In this document: in pieces, positions 23,204 through 36,200 of the stretch
Layout of the letters: every line of letters begins with the position of its first letter
How positions within the stretch are numbered: position 1 is the first letter of the stretch
Notes under the pieces: model-generated
Told to the model about the DNA's origin: nothing
What the model saw: only the letters and a program-made list of their open reading frames with translations
The model's database searches: none
Assembly: GCA_964247055.1 (NCBI GenBank)
Contig: OZ176050.1
Span: 13,206,001-13,270,000 of the forward strand
Direction of reading: 5' to 3'
DNA: 64,000 bases
Origin: Paragordius varius
Taxonomy: Eukaryota; Animalia; Nematomorpha
Program-made: the position numbers and the translations under genes

Positions 23204-23683
23204 AATTTCAAAAAAAGCAAATTTATTATCATATGCCTTTGCAAAATATCCATGTGGGTTGACTCCAGAAAAGTTAACCAATAGAGGAGTTCATAGCTTT
23301 TAGGTAAAATTTATTGCTGAAACAAAATTATTTTATTATTTTGTTTATTAACTGTACTAATAAATTATGAGTTATATTATCACAACTGGAAATAAGAGAT
23401 ATTTTTATGTGATAAAATGTGAGAGTATACGATATAGACATAAAAATCCTATAAAATAATATTTTGGTAAAAATAGCGTTCTTATGGTGTTTGATTTAAA
23501 AATAGCGTATTATTTATTATATGTTTTATAAGCAAATTATATGTATTGTATAAAATATGTGCTAAAATTTTTGATAGAAGCCAACAGATTTAATTAAAAT
23601 GTTTTTTTACTTCATTAACTTTTTCTTATTTTATCTTTTGACATATTGAAGTGTTTTCATATCACACAACTTTAATTTGTAAA

Positions 23684-25576
23684 AACTACAGTTTTGAGAG
23701 TTATTTAGTTAAAATTATCAACCACTGTTCTCATTTATTAGATAAAAAGCTTATTTTTTTAGTTATTTGACTTTAAGCTAAAATTGGGACGGCTCCACAC
23801 GATTGACACGACGGCTGTGAAACGAACGACTGTGTTAAAATCAAAATATATCATGTTTTTTCTGGTAAAATGTAGCCTAAAAGCTTTTTAAATTTAGTTG
23901 TTTACTTTTTTACCATAATATAAATTTATTTGCCTGTCGCATTACACTGTGTCCACAAAAAATAACCTGTTGAAAAATATATATTCTTATAATCAATTGT
24001 AGGATTTTGATAGTGGTTTTGGCTGTGGCGCGAGTAATATAAGAAATTTATTTTGACTTTTGTCGTAGCGCCATATAAAAAAAAATTTGGGCATATTTTA
24101 TGTATTAAATTTTTTTTGATGGGCTAAATGCTTCACTCCAAATAATATCACTAAATTATATCTTAAGCTCCTTAAAGTAAAAGAATATTTTAAAATATTT
24201 CAATTTAGCTGTGGGCTTGCAAATCCCAAATTTTTTTGCTCTAAAATGAACTATTTTTTTAAAAAATAAACGCAAAACGGAATTGGGCGATAAAGTTTTT
24301 AAATATATGTTAAATTTTGATAATTAAAATATTTTTAAAAAAATGCATACTTTTAAACTAAAATTTAATTTTGTAACAAAATTTTGTTGAAGCGTACTTT
24401 GTCCCTTTTTAAGATTGATAAACGATAAAACGCTTTTAGATATTATAAAAACACTTTTTTCATATATTGATGATGAACATTTCTATTACCTAGAATTTTG
24501 ATTAAATATTCGTATTTTCCAATTAATGTCATATATATATTGAGTCTTTTAAAAAATTAACCAAAATTGTAAATTGATTTTTAAATTAAAATTCTGAACC
24601 GGTAGTTTAGAATGATCAATTTATATAAAAGTATTATCTTAATATCTAAAAGCGTTTTTATACCGTTTCTACTAATCCTTAAATAGGAATGAAGTACGCT
24701 TCATAATTTTGCTAAAAAAAGTATGCAATTTTAAAAATATCTTTTTTGATGTCAAAATTTGTAAAATTCAGATATATTTTCTATCAGAATATGGATATTT
24801 TATGAGGTTGTTTATTATAGCCCCCGTTAGGACGTTTTACCGATTTAAAAACTTTAAAAAAAATGGCGCAAAGTTTGGGATAAGAATTTATTTATTATTC
24901 TACCATTTTTAAAACAAATATCTCATTGGGCTATTATCACCTTCGATATGTCTCAGAAATATTAAAAAATTTAATAAAAAGTGTATTAATTTATTTAATG
25001 ATAATTATAAAATTTTACGTTTCATAATTTTCGCACTTTTTCGTTCTAGTTAACTTATTGGGGTTTATATCTTAGAGTTCATTTCAATAAACTACTGTTT
25101 TGAAAGTTATTTTAGTTAAAATTTAAATATAAAAAATGGTTCTCATATATTAGATAAAAAGGCTTATATTTTTTACAGTTTTGTGACTTCTATAGTGAAT
25201 TGGGACAGCTCCAAAACTCGATCAGGACCAACACTCACTAGCATCAATATATATATAAAGTTTTTGCTGATAAAATAGGCTGAAAACTTTCAAAGTTAAT
25301 GATCTACATTTCCTAACATAATATGCATTTATTTGCCTATTATAAAAACGAATTAAAAAATTCAAAAAAAATGGCGGCGATAAAGTTTGAGACTAGGTTT
25401 ATTTACAATTTTACATTCTTTAAAAAAAATTATAATGCGCCTAAAAGACTAAAGAAAGCATATTTTAAATACGGCTTAATGCCTTAAATACTTTTTAAAA
25501 TATTCAAATTTCAAATCGTTTTTAGATATAATACCCCAAGGAGTGTTATTTTTATCAATTTTATAAAATTTAGATT

Positions 25577-25615
<39 letters not shown>

Positions 25616-26560
25616 TGTATACCTAAGACAATTTAAAAAGAAATCAATTATTTATTTAATTCAAAATATTGTCCATTGGCTTCAACACATTCTGGACATC
25701 TCTCAGGTAATATATGGTTGTACCGGAAAAGTCAGTTGTCTTGGTCTTAGAAATTAATAAAGGGCTTCCCTGCAAGGGTTAGCTTCATCGATGCAAAGTA
25801 GTTTTAGTCAAATGGCGCCAGGTTTAGCGGATGCGGAAAATTTTCCTATCGAAAAAATATTAAGTTGTTTTTCATTTTTGCTGTGCGGGATAAAGCATTG
25901 TCATGTAACAAAATCACTTTGCCACATTTTCTTCATTCCTGTTGTTTTTCGATTAATGCATGTTAGGTATTTGTTACCAATTGTGTTGTGGACCACACGG
26001 GATTTTAAAATTCCATACCAATTTGGTTGCACCAGACAAGATTCTGCGAAGATTATTAACACTTTATGACTGTTTTATTGTTTTTGTCCGCGATGACATA
26101 TTGGGGTAGTTTTATATCCCAGAGCTTAATCTTGTAATTAAACTACTGTTTTGAAATTTGTTAAAATTTAATTATATCAAACATTGTTCTGTATTAGATA
26201 TAAGAATTTATATTCTTTAGAGTTTCGTATATTTTATAGTCAATTGGAAGAGTCCAAAATATAATTATACTACAGCTGTTTAAAATCAATAAATATCAAT
26301 TTTCTGCTGGTAAAAAGCAACCAGAGAGCTAAAAGCTGATTATGTACATTTTTAAACCATAATATAAATGAATTTGCTTATTGTATTAGAGAATACAAAA
26401 TAATTACGGAAAAATGGCGGCGAAAAAGTTGGAGATGGGGATTTTTTCCAAATTCTACTTTTTTAAAAAAACTTTTTATATTATGCATTTAAAAGCCTAG
26501 AGAAAGCTTATTTTTAAATTCATCCTAACAGCTTAAATACTTTTTAAGATATTCAAATCG
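23684..26560 (+). repeat. Three diverged direct copies of a ~430-bp dispersed repeat (~23684-24130, ~25090-25530, ~26140-26560)
   Basis: Shared AAACTAC(T/A)GTTTTGA, TTAGATAAAAAG, AATTGGGAC(A/G)GCTCCA; AAAATGGCGGCGA(T/A)AAAGTT in the latter two copies. Confidence 0.55.
25652..26110 (-). pseudogene. Decayed mariner (IS630-Tc1-mariner) transposase, C-terminal catalytic fragment
   Basis: The minus strand gives ALIEKQQE*RKCGKVILLHDNALSRTAK...FPHPLNLAPFD*NYFASMKLTLAGKPF...LPERCPECVEANGQYFE. This matches mariner 'VILLHDNARPH', 'HPPYSPDLAPSDY.LF' and 'LPERW.KCVE.NG.YF'; it has stops and frameshifts. Confidence 0.8.
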
Positions 26561-29500
26561 CTCGGGAATATAAAATCACCCTGAAGTGAAGACTTCCAAT
26601 TAGATCTTCAGTAAAATTACCACATATTTTTTATTATGTAAAGTCATGTTTTTGAATCTTATTATTTAAATTTTATTTTACTCATAAAATCTCGTGCAAA
26701 AATTAGGTTATATAAATTCTTTATTGTGCCGTGGCCTAAAATATTAGGTCTCTTAATCACACTATATTAACTTGATTTTATAGTTTAAAATAATTTATTG
26801 GAAAAATTTCAATTTGAAACGACATTGTTTCAATTAAATCAATTAAATATATATATATATATATATGTATTAACCGATAACAATATAATTATTACGTTAA
26901 TACATTTTTCATTTCCACTGAATTTCTTTGTTAAAAGATATCAAATTACATTCATTTATCAAGTATTTGAAACCATTAACATGTATGATATATATTTTGC
27001 AATTAACAATGTGTCATTTTAAAACCACCTTTCTAAAAGCGTTTACTCCCGGATTTTAAAATGTATTTCATTATTAGACAATTATTGAAATGCATTTGCT
27101 TGTATTGTAAAAATTATTAATATATATTTAGCGAAAATTTACAAATAAGAATCGATATGATTTCAATTAGTATTATTGTAAGGTGTCTAATATATATTTC
27201 CACATTACATTAGACATCTTGATAGTTGAAAAGGTTATTTAAATTACAGTCATGTCTCCTTTATTTTATCAAAATAATGAAAATTGGGGCTTTTTCCAAA
27301 TATTTTCTTACATATTTTTTTTATTCCCAATAACCAACATATCACTTTACTGTATTAATTGCTATTTAACTTACCAACTTTAAGTATTCATTTATTCATT
27401 CATAAAAATGTTATCCTTAAATTAATGTGTATAGACTTAATATACCCTTTTCGTTTTACATATGAAGGTATAATACTTTTCTTTTCTCTTTTTTAGTGTA
27501 TGATTAATAAAATTATAAATTTTATTTTTTGATACTTGTTGTTACAGACCTACTACGCACACACACTAACATATAAAAAATAATGTTAGGGTCACTTTTA
27601 AAGCACTCCTTACTGGAGATTATGCATTACAGAAAATTTATACACATTTATTTCTTACATCTTACTGTGTTTATAAAGCAAAACAATGTAATATATAAAT
27701 GTTGCATAAAATATAAATTACATTTAAAAATGTATGTGTATGTGTGAGTGTATAAAAATAGCGCTTTTTCTTTTTCGCGTTTTTTTATTTTATTTTTTGG
27801 TTATTAGGATTCATGTTTTGTGTCCATTGTAACACAATTTGAATTTTTATGTACAATTTCAATTTTCATTCATAAAATTGTATAGTGCTAAAACCACTTT
27901 TTAAAATTCAATCGAAAAAATCTAATTTTATTTTAAAACATCGACTTTATTATATATTTTATTGGGACACATTCTCCATAATTCATTTTTGAGGTTTATT
28001 TTCTTCATAAACCATATCCGACAAATGAATAAATTATTACAATTTATATAAAAGAACATTGTTACCATCTTATAATGATGTAGACATAAACACCAAATTT
28101 ATTCTACTCAAATTTACGGCGCCGCAGTTTATCTTGTTTCATAAATCATCCTTTTTAACTACAAAACATCTTTAATACGGAATTTTCGGTTATAAACCAC
28201 AAAACTGCCACTATTCATAAGAAATATTTTGAATGGAGAAAATACAAAATTCTCCCAAAAATATTTTGGACAACAGGACTAGAGTGTGAAAACATTAAAA
28301 CAATAATGTATATTATTATCAACACACTGGAAAATTTTATAAATATATATTAATATATACATGCAAAGAGGTTTTTGAACCTTGCATCCCCCAATGTATA
28401 AATATATATATAAATACAAAAATGATGAGCTTTATAGCTGGCTATCATTATCTTTTTTGTGTCTTACTTATTGCTCCCCCCTCCAAAAAATCTATCTTGA
28501 AACATCATACATGATATTACAAATTTAATGGACAATAAAACTTTTATATATTCCGGCAAAACAGATTTTAACATTTTATGATTTCAACGCCCGTTAAATT
28601 CTTATCAATGTGCGATTATATTTTTAAAAAATTTATATTCGATAAATTACAAATTTTCTATTCCCCACATCAAGTATATATCCCCAAGTAAAATTAATTA
28701 ACACGGGCAAAAATTAATTATATTTTGTTGTGTGTTATGATTTAACCCAAATATCATGTTATTATAATAACCTATCAGACTTTAATTACACACAAACATA
28801 TAATTGATTTTTTTAAATTAGTTTCTCATTAACTTGTTGCTACTTTTTTAATTAAATTTTTTTCCCAAATTTGATTTGATTTTTCATTTGATATAAATTC
28901 ATGGTAGGTATACTATTGATTTCCAATAAATATGTTCGTTTTTTGTGTCCACCCCTCCAAAAGACCCTATCCTATCTCCAATATTAGTATTTTTTAATTT
29001 TAGAGAAAAGCACTCTTTTATATATTATAGCGTGTTTTTGCAGATATTTGTACATAAGCAAAATGTAATAACAGTTGTTTCATAAAAATGTAATCGTTTC
29101 TATGATTTTCTAAAAATTATTTTTTCTGTTTGTATTTGGATATAGTACATAGATTCATAATTTCACATTTTATTTTCCCATAAATTTAAGCATACATACT
29201 CAAACAGTAACATGTGGTTTTGTCTGGTTACTATAAATAAATTTAATATAATTAAAATCTGAAATGTATACAACATTAATAAAATTTATTTAACCCTAAT
29301 TATGGGGGAGATATAAATACCCAATTATAATCTTGTTATAATTTTCTTAAATATTTTTTTAAATTAAAATATATATACCAATTTACGGAATCTTGCCTAA
29401 GTGAACAGACGAAAATTCTGCCGCACGCTTTTTTTTTCAATTTCCTTTGTTCTTATAAAGATTCAAATTTATATCAATACTTTTACATTTAGCGTTTTAA

Positions 29501-30270
29501 TTAGAGACAGGGAGAGGTTTATTAAACTTTCTTTTTATATCTGTATGTAAAATATGGAAAAATAAAATTAATTTTCTCACATAAGTGTGTATTTACATAC
29601 ATATTATGATAAAAAAATAATTTACCTTTTGCAAATTTATTTAACGATAAATGTACATAATCAGCTGTTGGGAAAGGTTGATTTTTAGCAAAAACTTTCA
29701 AGATTAAGAAATCATTGTACTAATCTAAACTCTATAAAACAAAGAACGAAAGGAAAAATCTCGTGTAAATCCATCATGATTATAAAAATTGTAATTATGC
29801 TACTTTGTATTACTAGTGAGATGGTTATCTATAAACTATTATGAATACTAATAATATTTAATATTTTCTTAACCAATAAATTATTTGTTAAACAATGTTT
29901 AGGTGAATACTATATAATGGATTTTATGTAATTAAACCAAGTATTAAGAGTATCTTACTTGATTATAAAAAATTAGCTTATTTATTTAATACTTTATTAA
30001 TGCATTCAAATGCAACTCAGAGTAGACATAGTATCTCCATTCCTTATATGTAATAAAAATAACATGCAAATCGTAATTATGTTACATATAATTAATCATT
30101 TTATCAGATAAGTTATATCACAAAGAAAAAGTAAATAAATTTTATTTCAAAATTATATTTTTTTAACGCATTTTAGAGAGAACGAAACAAAATTTATGTA
30201 ACTCATCATTCGTATATCCTATTTTAACGGATTAACCCGTTGATAAGTTAAAAGCAAAAAGTTTTTAAAC

Positions 30271-33200
30271 ATGGGCAGATTCACAATGAAGAAATCTATT
30301 CAAATTTTCATTTATCTTGTCTGTTGGATAATTTTGGACGTTCAATGGGCAAGGTCAGACCCCACACTGTACAAATTTCCGCGTAAGCTTTATAATTACG
30401 CTCTTGGTGAAAACCCGGAACCGGGTCAATTTGCTCAACCAATCTTACAAACGGTTTCTGCTGATTTAGTAGTCGATAGCAATGCTGAAATGTTGACTAA
30501 TTTATACTTAGGCATTCCAATCGCTTCTAATAATACTTTGGAACCTCCACAAATTTTGGATTATAAATTCTCAATCATAGCTATTGATGGGTATCCAATA
30601 TTATTGAATGATAATGAAGATGTTCATCAAAATAATAAATTTGGGCATGTTGCAAATGCCATGTTTAAACTTGAAGTACGGATGATTGGATCATATTTTT
30701 TGGGTTTAGCCCTTAGACCTCGGAAATCGATGGTTGAACTTATCAATAGGGAACGTAAGAGTGTTTACAATATTGAAGTACAAAGTCAAATACATGTACT
30801 TAGCCATCAAAATAAAAAAACGCTTTATGAAGATTGGACAGTCATTCGTCTGCTCATTCTTGATAAAAACGATATGGCACCATTTTTTGAAACTTCTGAC
30901 CTGGCATATTACATAACATTAACGGATGAAACTCAACCATTTACAACCTTATTAAGGGTTAGGGCTTGGGATGCGGATTCTGGAATTAACTCTCACATTC
31001 GATTTAGGTATATTTTTTAGAAAAAAATATTTATTTTTGTTTTAACATTCGACAAAGAATACTAGTTGTATGGAAAATTTATGTTTTAGATACATTGAAT
31101 TATTGCTGGATTTAAATTAATTTATCTTAATTAATTTATATCCTTTATTTTATAATTTTACAAACCGTATAGATATAAATAATTTTATGTTAATTATCCC
31201 ATTTTGGAAAAACATTTTACAAAAATAAATGTTATGATTTTTAATCAGGACACCATCATGTTACAACATTTTTTAAATCCATCAACAAAAGACAAATTAA
31301 TTATTATATATTTAAAAAAACACAAAAACGTCTGTGTAAAATTCAATATGAGTCACCACACATTTTGAACTTTTATTGTATGATACAAATTTATAACGCT
31401 AATTGTGAAAATTAATATTCCTTTTTTTGTCATTTAGAAAGTAAAAATTTTTTTTATAAAAACCATAAATTTAAAAAATATAGATAGTCTAGCAAGCATA
31501 ATATATTTGGCTTTTATACTTTGACTGCAATAAAAACTACATTGTTGCATTTTAGATTGATTAAATTGCACTTTATTTTCACTAAGTGCACCTAATTTCA
31601 GATATTACACACAGTTAGATATTTATGAAGATTCATAATTGAAAAATGTGACAATAGCTTTGCAATTACTGTCAAATTTGTTCATTAGCATTAATAATCT
31701 TATATTTTTCACTTATAATTATATATAAAATACAAATTGGATTTTTAAATTAACCAGTTTTGAATTAAAACAGGGGTGTTTAACGCCCATCTTTTTTTCA
31801 AAAAATACACCTGGAGAAATATAAGGGATAATTATTTTTTTAGATTCTAAACACAAGACTGTAAAATGCAAACACAATATAATTTTATAGTCTCATGCTA
31901 ATTGATAGACTTATTCATTAAATTTGTTTAATAGATATATACGCAAGTGTTTGAAAATTATAGATTTTCATATTTTTAGCGGGCCGCATGCTACCCGTAT
32001 GTTGAACTAATATCATTAACTAATTTCTAAAATATTTTTTTGACCAATTTCAAAATAGTCTTTCGGAACATGCCTGTTTACAACAAGCCATTGAAATTGA
32101 TCCATATATGGGTAATTTATTCATAACTCAATCACCATCGGATCTTTTTCAATGTTTTCATTCCCAAAACGGTACGATTACCATGCACATTTTGGCATCT
32201 GATAGTGCTCCACTTGCCACCAGAAAGTCTAACCTAATACCGCTAATTATAAATTATAAAGTATGACTCAGTTTTCTAAATTTAGTTTAACACATCTTTT
32301 TTTAGTTAATATAAGAGAGTAATATGGTAATTAACATTTTTAAATTTGAAAAAAAGTTATTTTAAACGTATAAATTCGTACCCACGCATTTAAGAATTAA
32401 TTATATTTTACCACACACACAGCCAAATAATATAAATTTTACAATGTTAGCGGGTAAATTTCTAAAAATAGATATTGTTTTTTATAAATTTAAAGTTAGA
32501 ATATGCTTAATTTTGAGATAAATCAAACATCTTACCAAAATGTAAACTTTGTTTATAAAAAGCTAATAGCGCATTTATTAATATCATAAATTGATTTGTT
32601 TGGTAACTGTTTTTGAAAAGTAATTGATTAAGAAATAATTTATACATCATCTTTGTTTTAAATTAGATGTCTTCCAAAACAATCCAGCCCTTATTGGATA
32701 TAATCGAAATCCCCGAATCTCGAATAACGGAAATATTACGTGAGAAACTTCATGCTAAATCATTATTAGCCATGTCAGACGATTCATTTTTGAATTATCG
32801 TCTGCCGCTTGCCATGATAAATATCATGTGTCCCGATAAAATTTTCGATTCGAAAACATGTTTCCTGCCAAAAAATTCGCTAGAGATTAAAGTTCTCTCC
32901 AATATTGTCAAAGATTTTATTTATTTAACAGAATTAAATTCTGATTTACCAAATATGGACCATAAATTTACGGAATTTGAATGGTATTCTGAAAAATTTG
33001 ATCTATTGAAAATGGAAGATGGAAAAGGAATATTATATTTGTTAGAAATTAAAATTGACAAATTCTTTACATTCATCGGTAATAATCAACATCTCAAATT
33101 TGCATTTATTAATAAACTAACATTCAATTGCACATATTCTATCATTCAACGATATGATTCATCCCCACACACAAAGTTCATTAGTGAATTAATCACGCTT

Positions 33201-36200
33201 CAAAATTTTCATAATTCGATTCTCAAAATCATGTTAACACCTACTCTGGATAACAAAATATTTTCTGAGCCATTAATCTTACCCGAATTGCAGCCAGAAA
33301 ATTCACCGATATGGAATGCACAATTAAATACGGGAAATTTTCTTCAAGGTAAATATATATATATATATATATATAATGGTGACATATTTTAAATTTTGAA
33401 AAATATTTGATTCATTTTGAAAAATACAAAAAAACCCTGATGTGTTTTTCTTCTAACATATTTCATTCTTTTTAAACTTTGTATAATTTAGCATGTGGCT
33501 TACTTCATTACCGAATAACAACAGGTAATACTTTTGGACTTTTTGCAATCAATCGAGTCAACGGCCTGATATTTTATAAAAAGAAAGCCTCACATTTATA
33601 TCGCTACATTACTAACAAAGACCCGTTTTCAAATATTACGCTATCAAATACAAAAACTTATAATCAAAAGGATCCCGCATTCCTACAAACTTATGAGCTA
33701 TTTATTCAAGTAATTCCAATTATAAAGAAGAACATTAGGCATCGCCATAAAGTTTTGTCTCGAAACCCATATTCTCTTGCCAATAGATACCGAAAAAGAA
33801 TGGATTCTTTCCAAAACATTCCTGCCATTTGTGAAAACTTGCCACGTTTATTTACTAAGGACAAGTTGGCCCTTGGTATGATTATAATAAATTAGGGAAA
33901 AATAATTTATATTTAATGTGTAATATTTATCAACACGCGCTTTATAAATTTAACATATGATTGTTAAATATTGAAAAATATTGCGAATATTTATTTTCAA
34001 TAATATAACAAGTATGGCATTTTGTGTAATTGAAAATTTATTTAAAGGCGGGTTTTAGTCGATTTTATTGATTAAATGTGAATATTGGGCGGGCCTGTTC
34101 TTATATTTGGACTATAGTTATATATGACTTTCAAAACTGTAAATATTTATATTTTATATAATATGTTTTATTGAAAATATTGAATATAGGGCTAATACAC
34201 CTCTAACAGAGTTCTTAATTATAAAAATATAACGAGAAATTTATATTATAAAAAATACACTATTTTTATAAATATAGAACCAGATTCCAAGACTCTCCGC
34301 ATTCATATAACTGATTCGAACAATCACATTCCCGCATTCATTACACCAATGCCGCAACAAGATAGTGTTGCTATAAATCTCACATTTCCAAACAGCTCAG
34401 AATCAATTGAACCAATAAAAGTTTACAATGTTAAGGAAAGAATTATAGATAAAGATTTTGGCATTAATGCAAACCATTTTTTTGGAATGTGGCCGATTGA
34501 TGATGGATTCACACTTAATATCTTGCCAAAAAATCACGGATACTTGGTAAATAATGTTACTTTCAACTCTTTCGGTGATGGAACAATATTATCGATTGAC
34601 ACCTTTTCCGGAATAATAAGTTTAAACACCACAATCATAGGCTCAACATTAAAAGCTATAAATGTTTCGGCTCAAATTTATGTTAAATTAACTAAATTAT
34701 ATCTGATTCGGGTTACGGATAAAGGCAGTTTTCCTCATCGTCTCAGCAATACGCTTTTGTTAACGCTTACAGTGAATGTAAATCAAAATAACAGTTATAC
34801 GCATGATATTATTGAAGCATTTAATAAAGATCCAAACGTTAAACATCTTTATTCACATCATCGTGTTCCTGAAATAGAAGTGGAGTTTAATTCTGAATTT
34901 TTGGCCCTACATGATAATGAACAACCAACGGTTATGATATTCGATTTTTTCCGTGAAATATTAAAATCGCATAACATCCAACCCGGAACATTTTTACTGT
35001 CCAAAAAGCTGTTTAAGATCCAATTCGCTTGGGATATGAACATGCCTCAATGCTTGGAATTGGACGTTGATAACGGAATTATATATTTCATTAACAATTT
35101 TGATTGTAAACAGGTATTCAATAATTCCTCAGTTTTAAAGCCATCTATGAATGTTTTAATAATTGATATAAACCAAAAAAAGCTTTTGTCCAAAATTGTA
35201 CTCGCTTTTGCAATCAATTCAAAAGAATCTACTAAGCAGGTCCCATCTAAAAATCTCAATGTTTTCATGAACGACAAAAACATAAAAAATAAAATCAACC
35301 AAATTGATGCATTTATAAATTATTTGAAGGATCTCAAATCACCATTAAAGCATTTATTAACCTTGGAATGTTCTGATGACAATAAAATTTTTACTTCTTT
35401 GACCGTTTTTAACATCCAGCATTTGTTGGAAAAATTATTACCCGAAAAATTTACAGATACTTTTGATGTCATTAGTTCGTTTCCAGATGTATATATGACA
35501 TTTCTTTTACCACATTATGCGAACAATAAAGACGTAAACCATTTCCGTATAAATATTACGGCATACGAAATCGTATTATTATCAGCATCTAACTTTTGCC
35601 ATTCTACTTTACCAAAACAAAAAGCTTTAGCCATGGATTTTTCACTGATTCTTAATCAATATTCCAAACATAATTTATTATCTTCTACTCGCCAAACATC
35701 TCAGTCAAATGCACAAAAAGAAATATTTCAAATCCCTATATATTTGATGGTGGAATTTATTAATGTAAGATCTCAGATCTCACCAAAAATGTCATCCGTA
35801 AAAACGTTTGATTTTGTTTTAGATTTCGAAAAGATGGCTAAATCTCAAAACTCATTTCAAATAGGTCAATTGATTATGGAGCCATTTATACCTTCGTTTG
35901 AAAATCATAAATTTCCCCCTTTTATAACTTGTGAACAAGACGGAAGAATGTTGTTTCAAAAGGCAAAGTTTTTAGAAACCTATAATCCAAACTCTATCGA
36001 AAACTTTATAAATGCAATAACAAGAACAGATTATTCTGTCCGCATAAATGAAACTCATTCCACTGTATTGAAATTTGAAATTAAAAATCCCGAATATATA
36101 CTACGAATGTTACACGAAAAACATCTAAATATTTACACTCAGAGCTTATCATTTAAGGTTAATTTAGACGTTCCAGCTAATTCATATATTGGAACTATTT

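Noticed and set aside
10018-23303. Plus-strand ORFs 10018-10215, 19944-20150 and 23037-23303
   Set aside because: Antisense shadows of KLHL5 exons.
25791-26069. 92-aa plus-strand ORF as a gene
   Set aside because: The opposite strand carries clear mariner motifs, so the ORF is a shadow.
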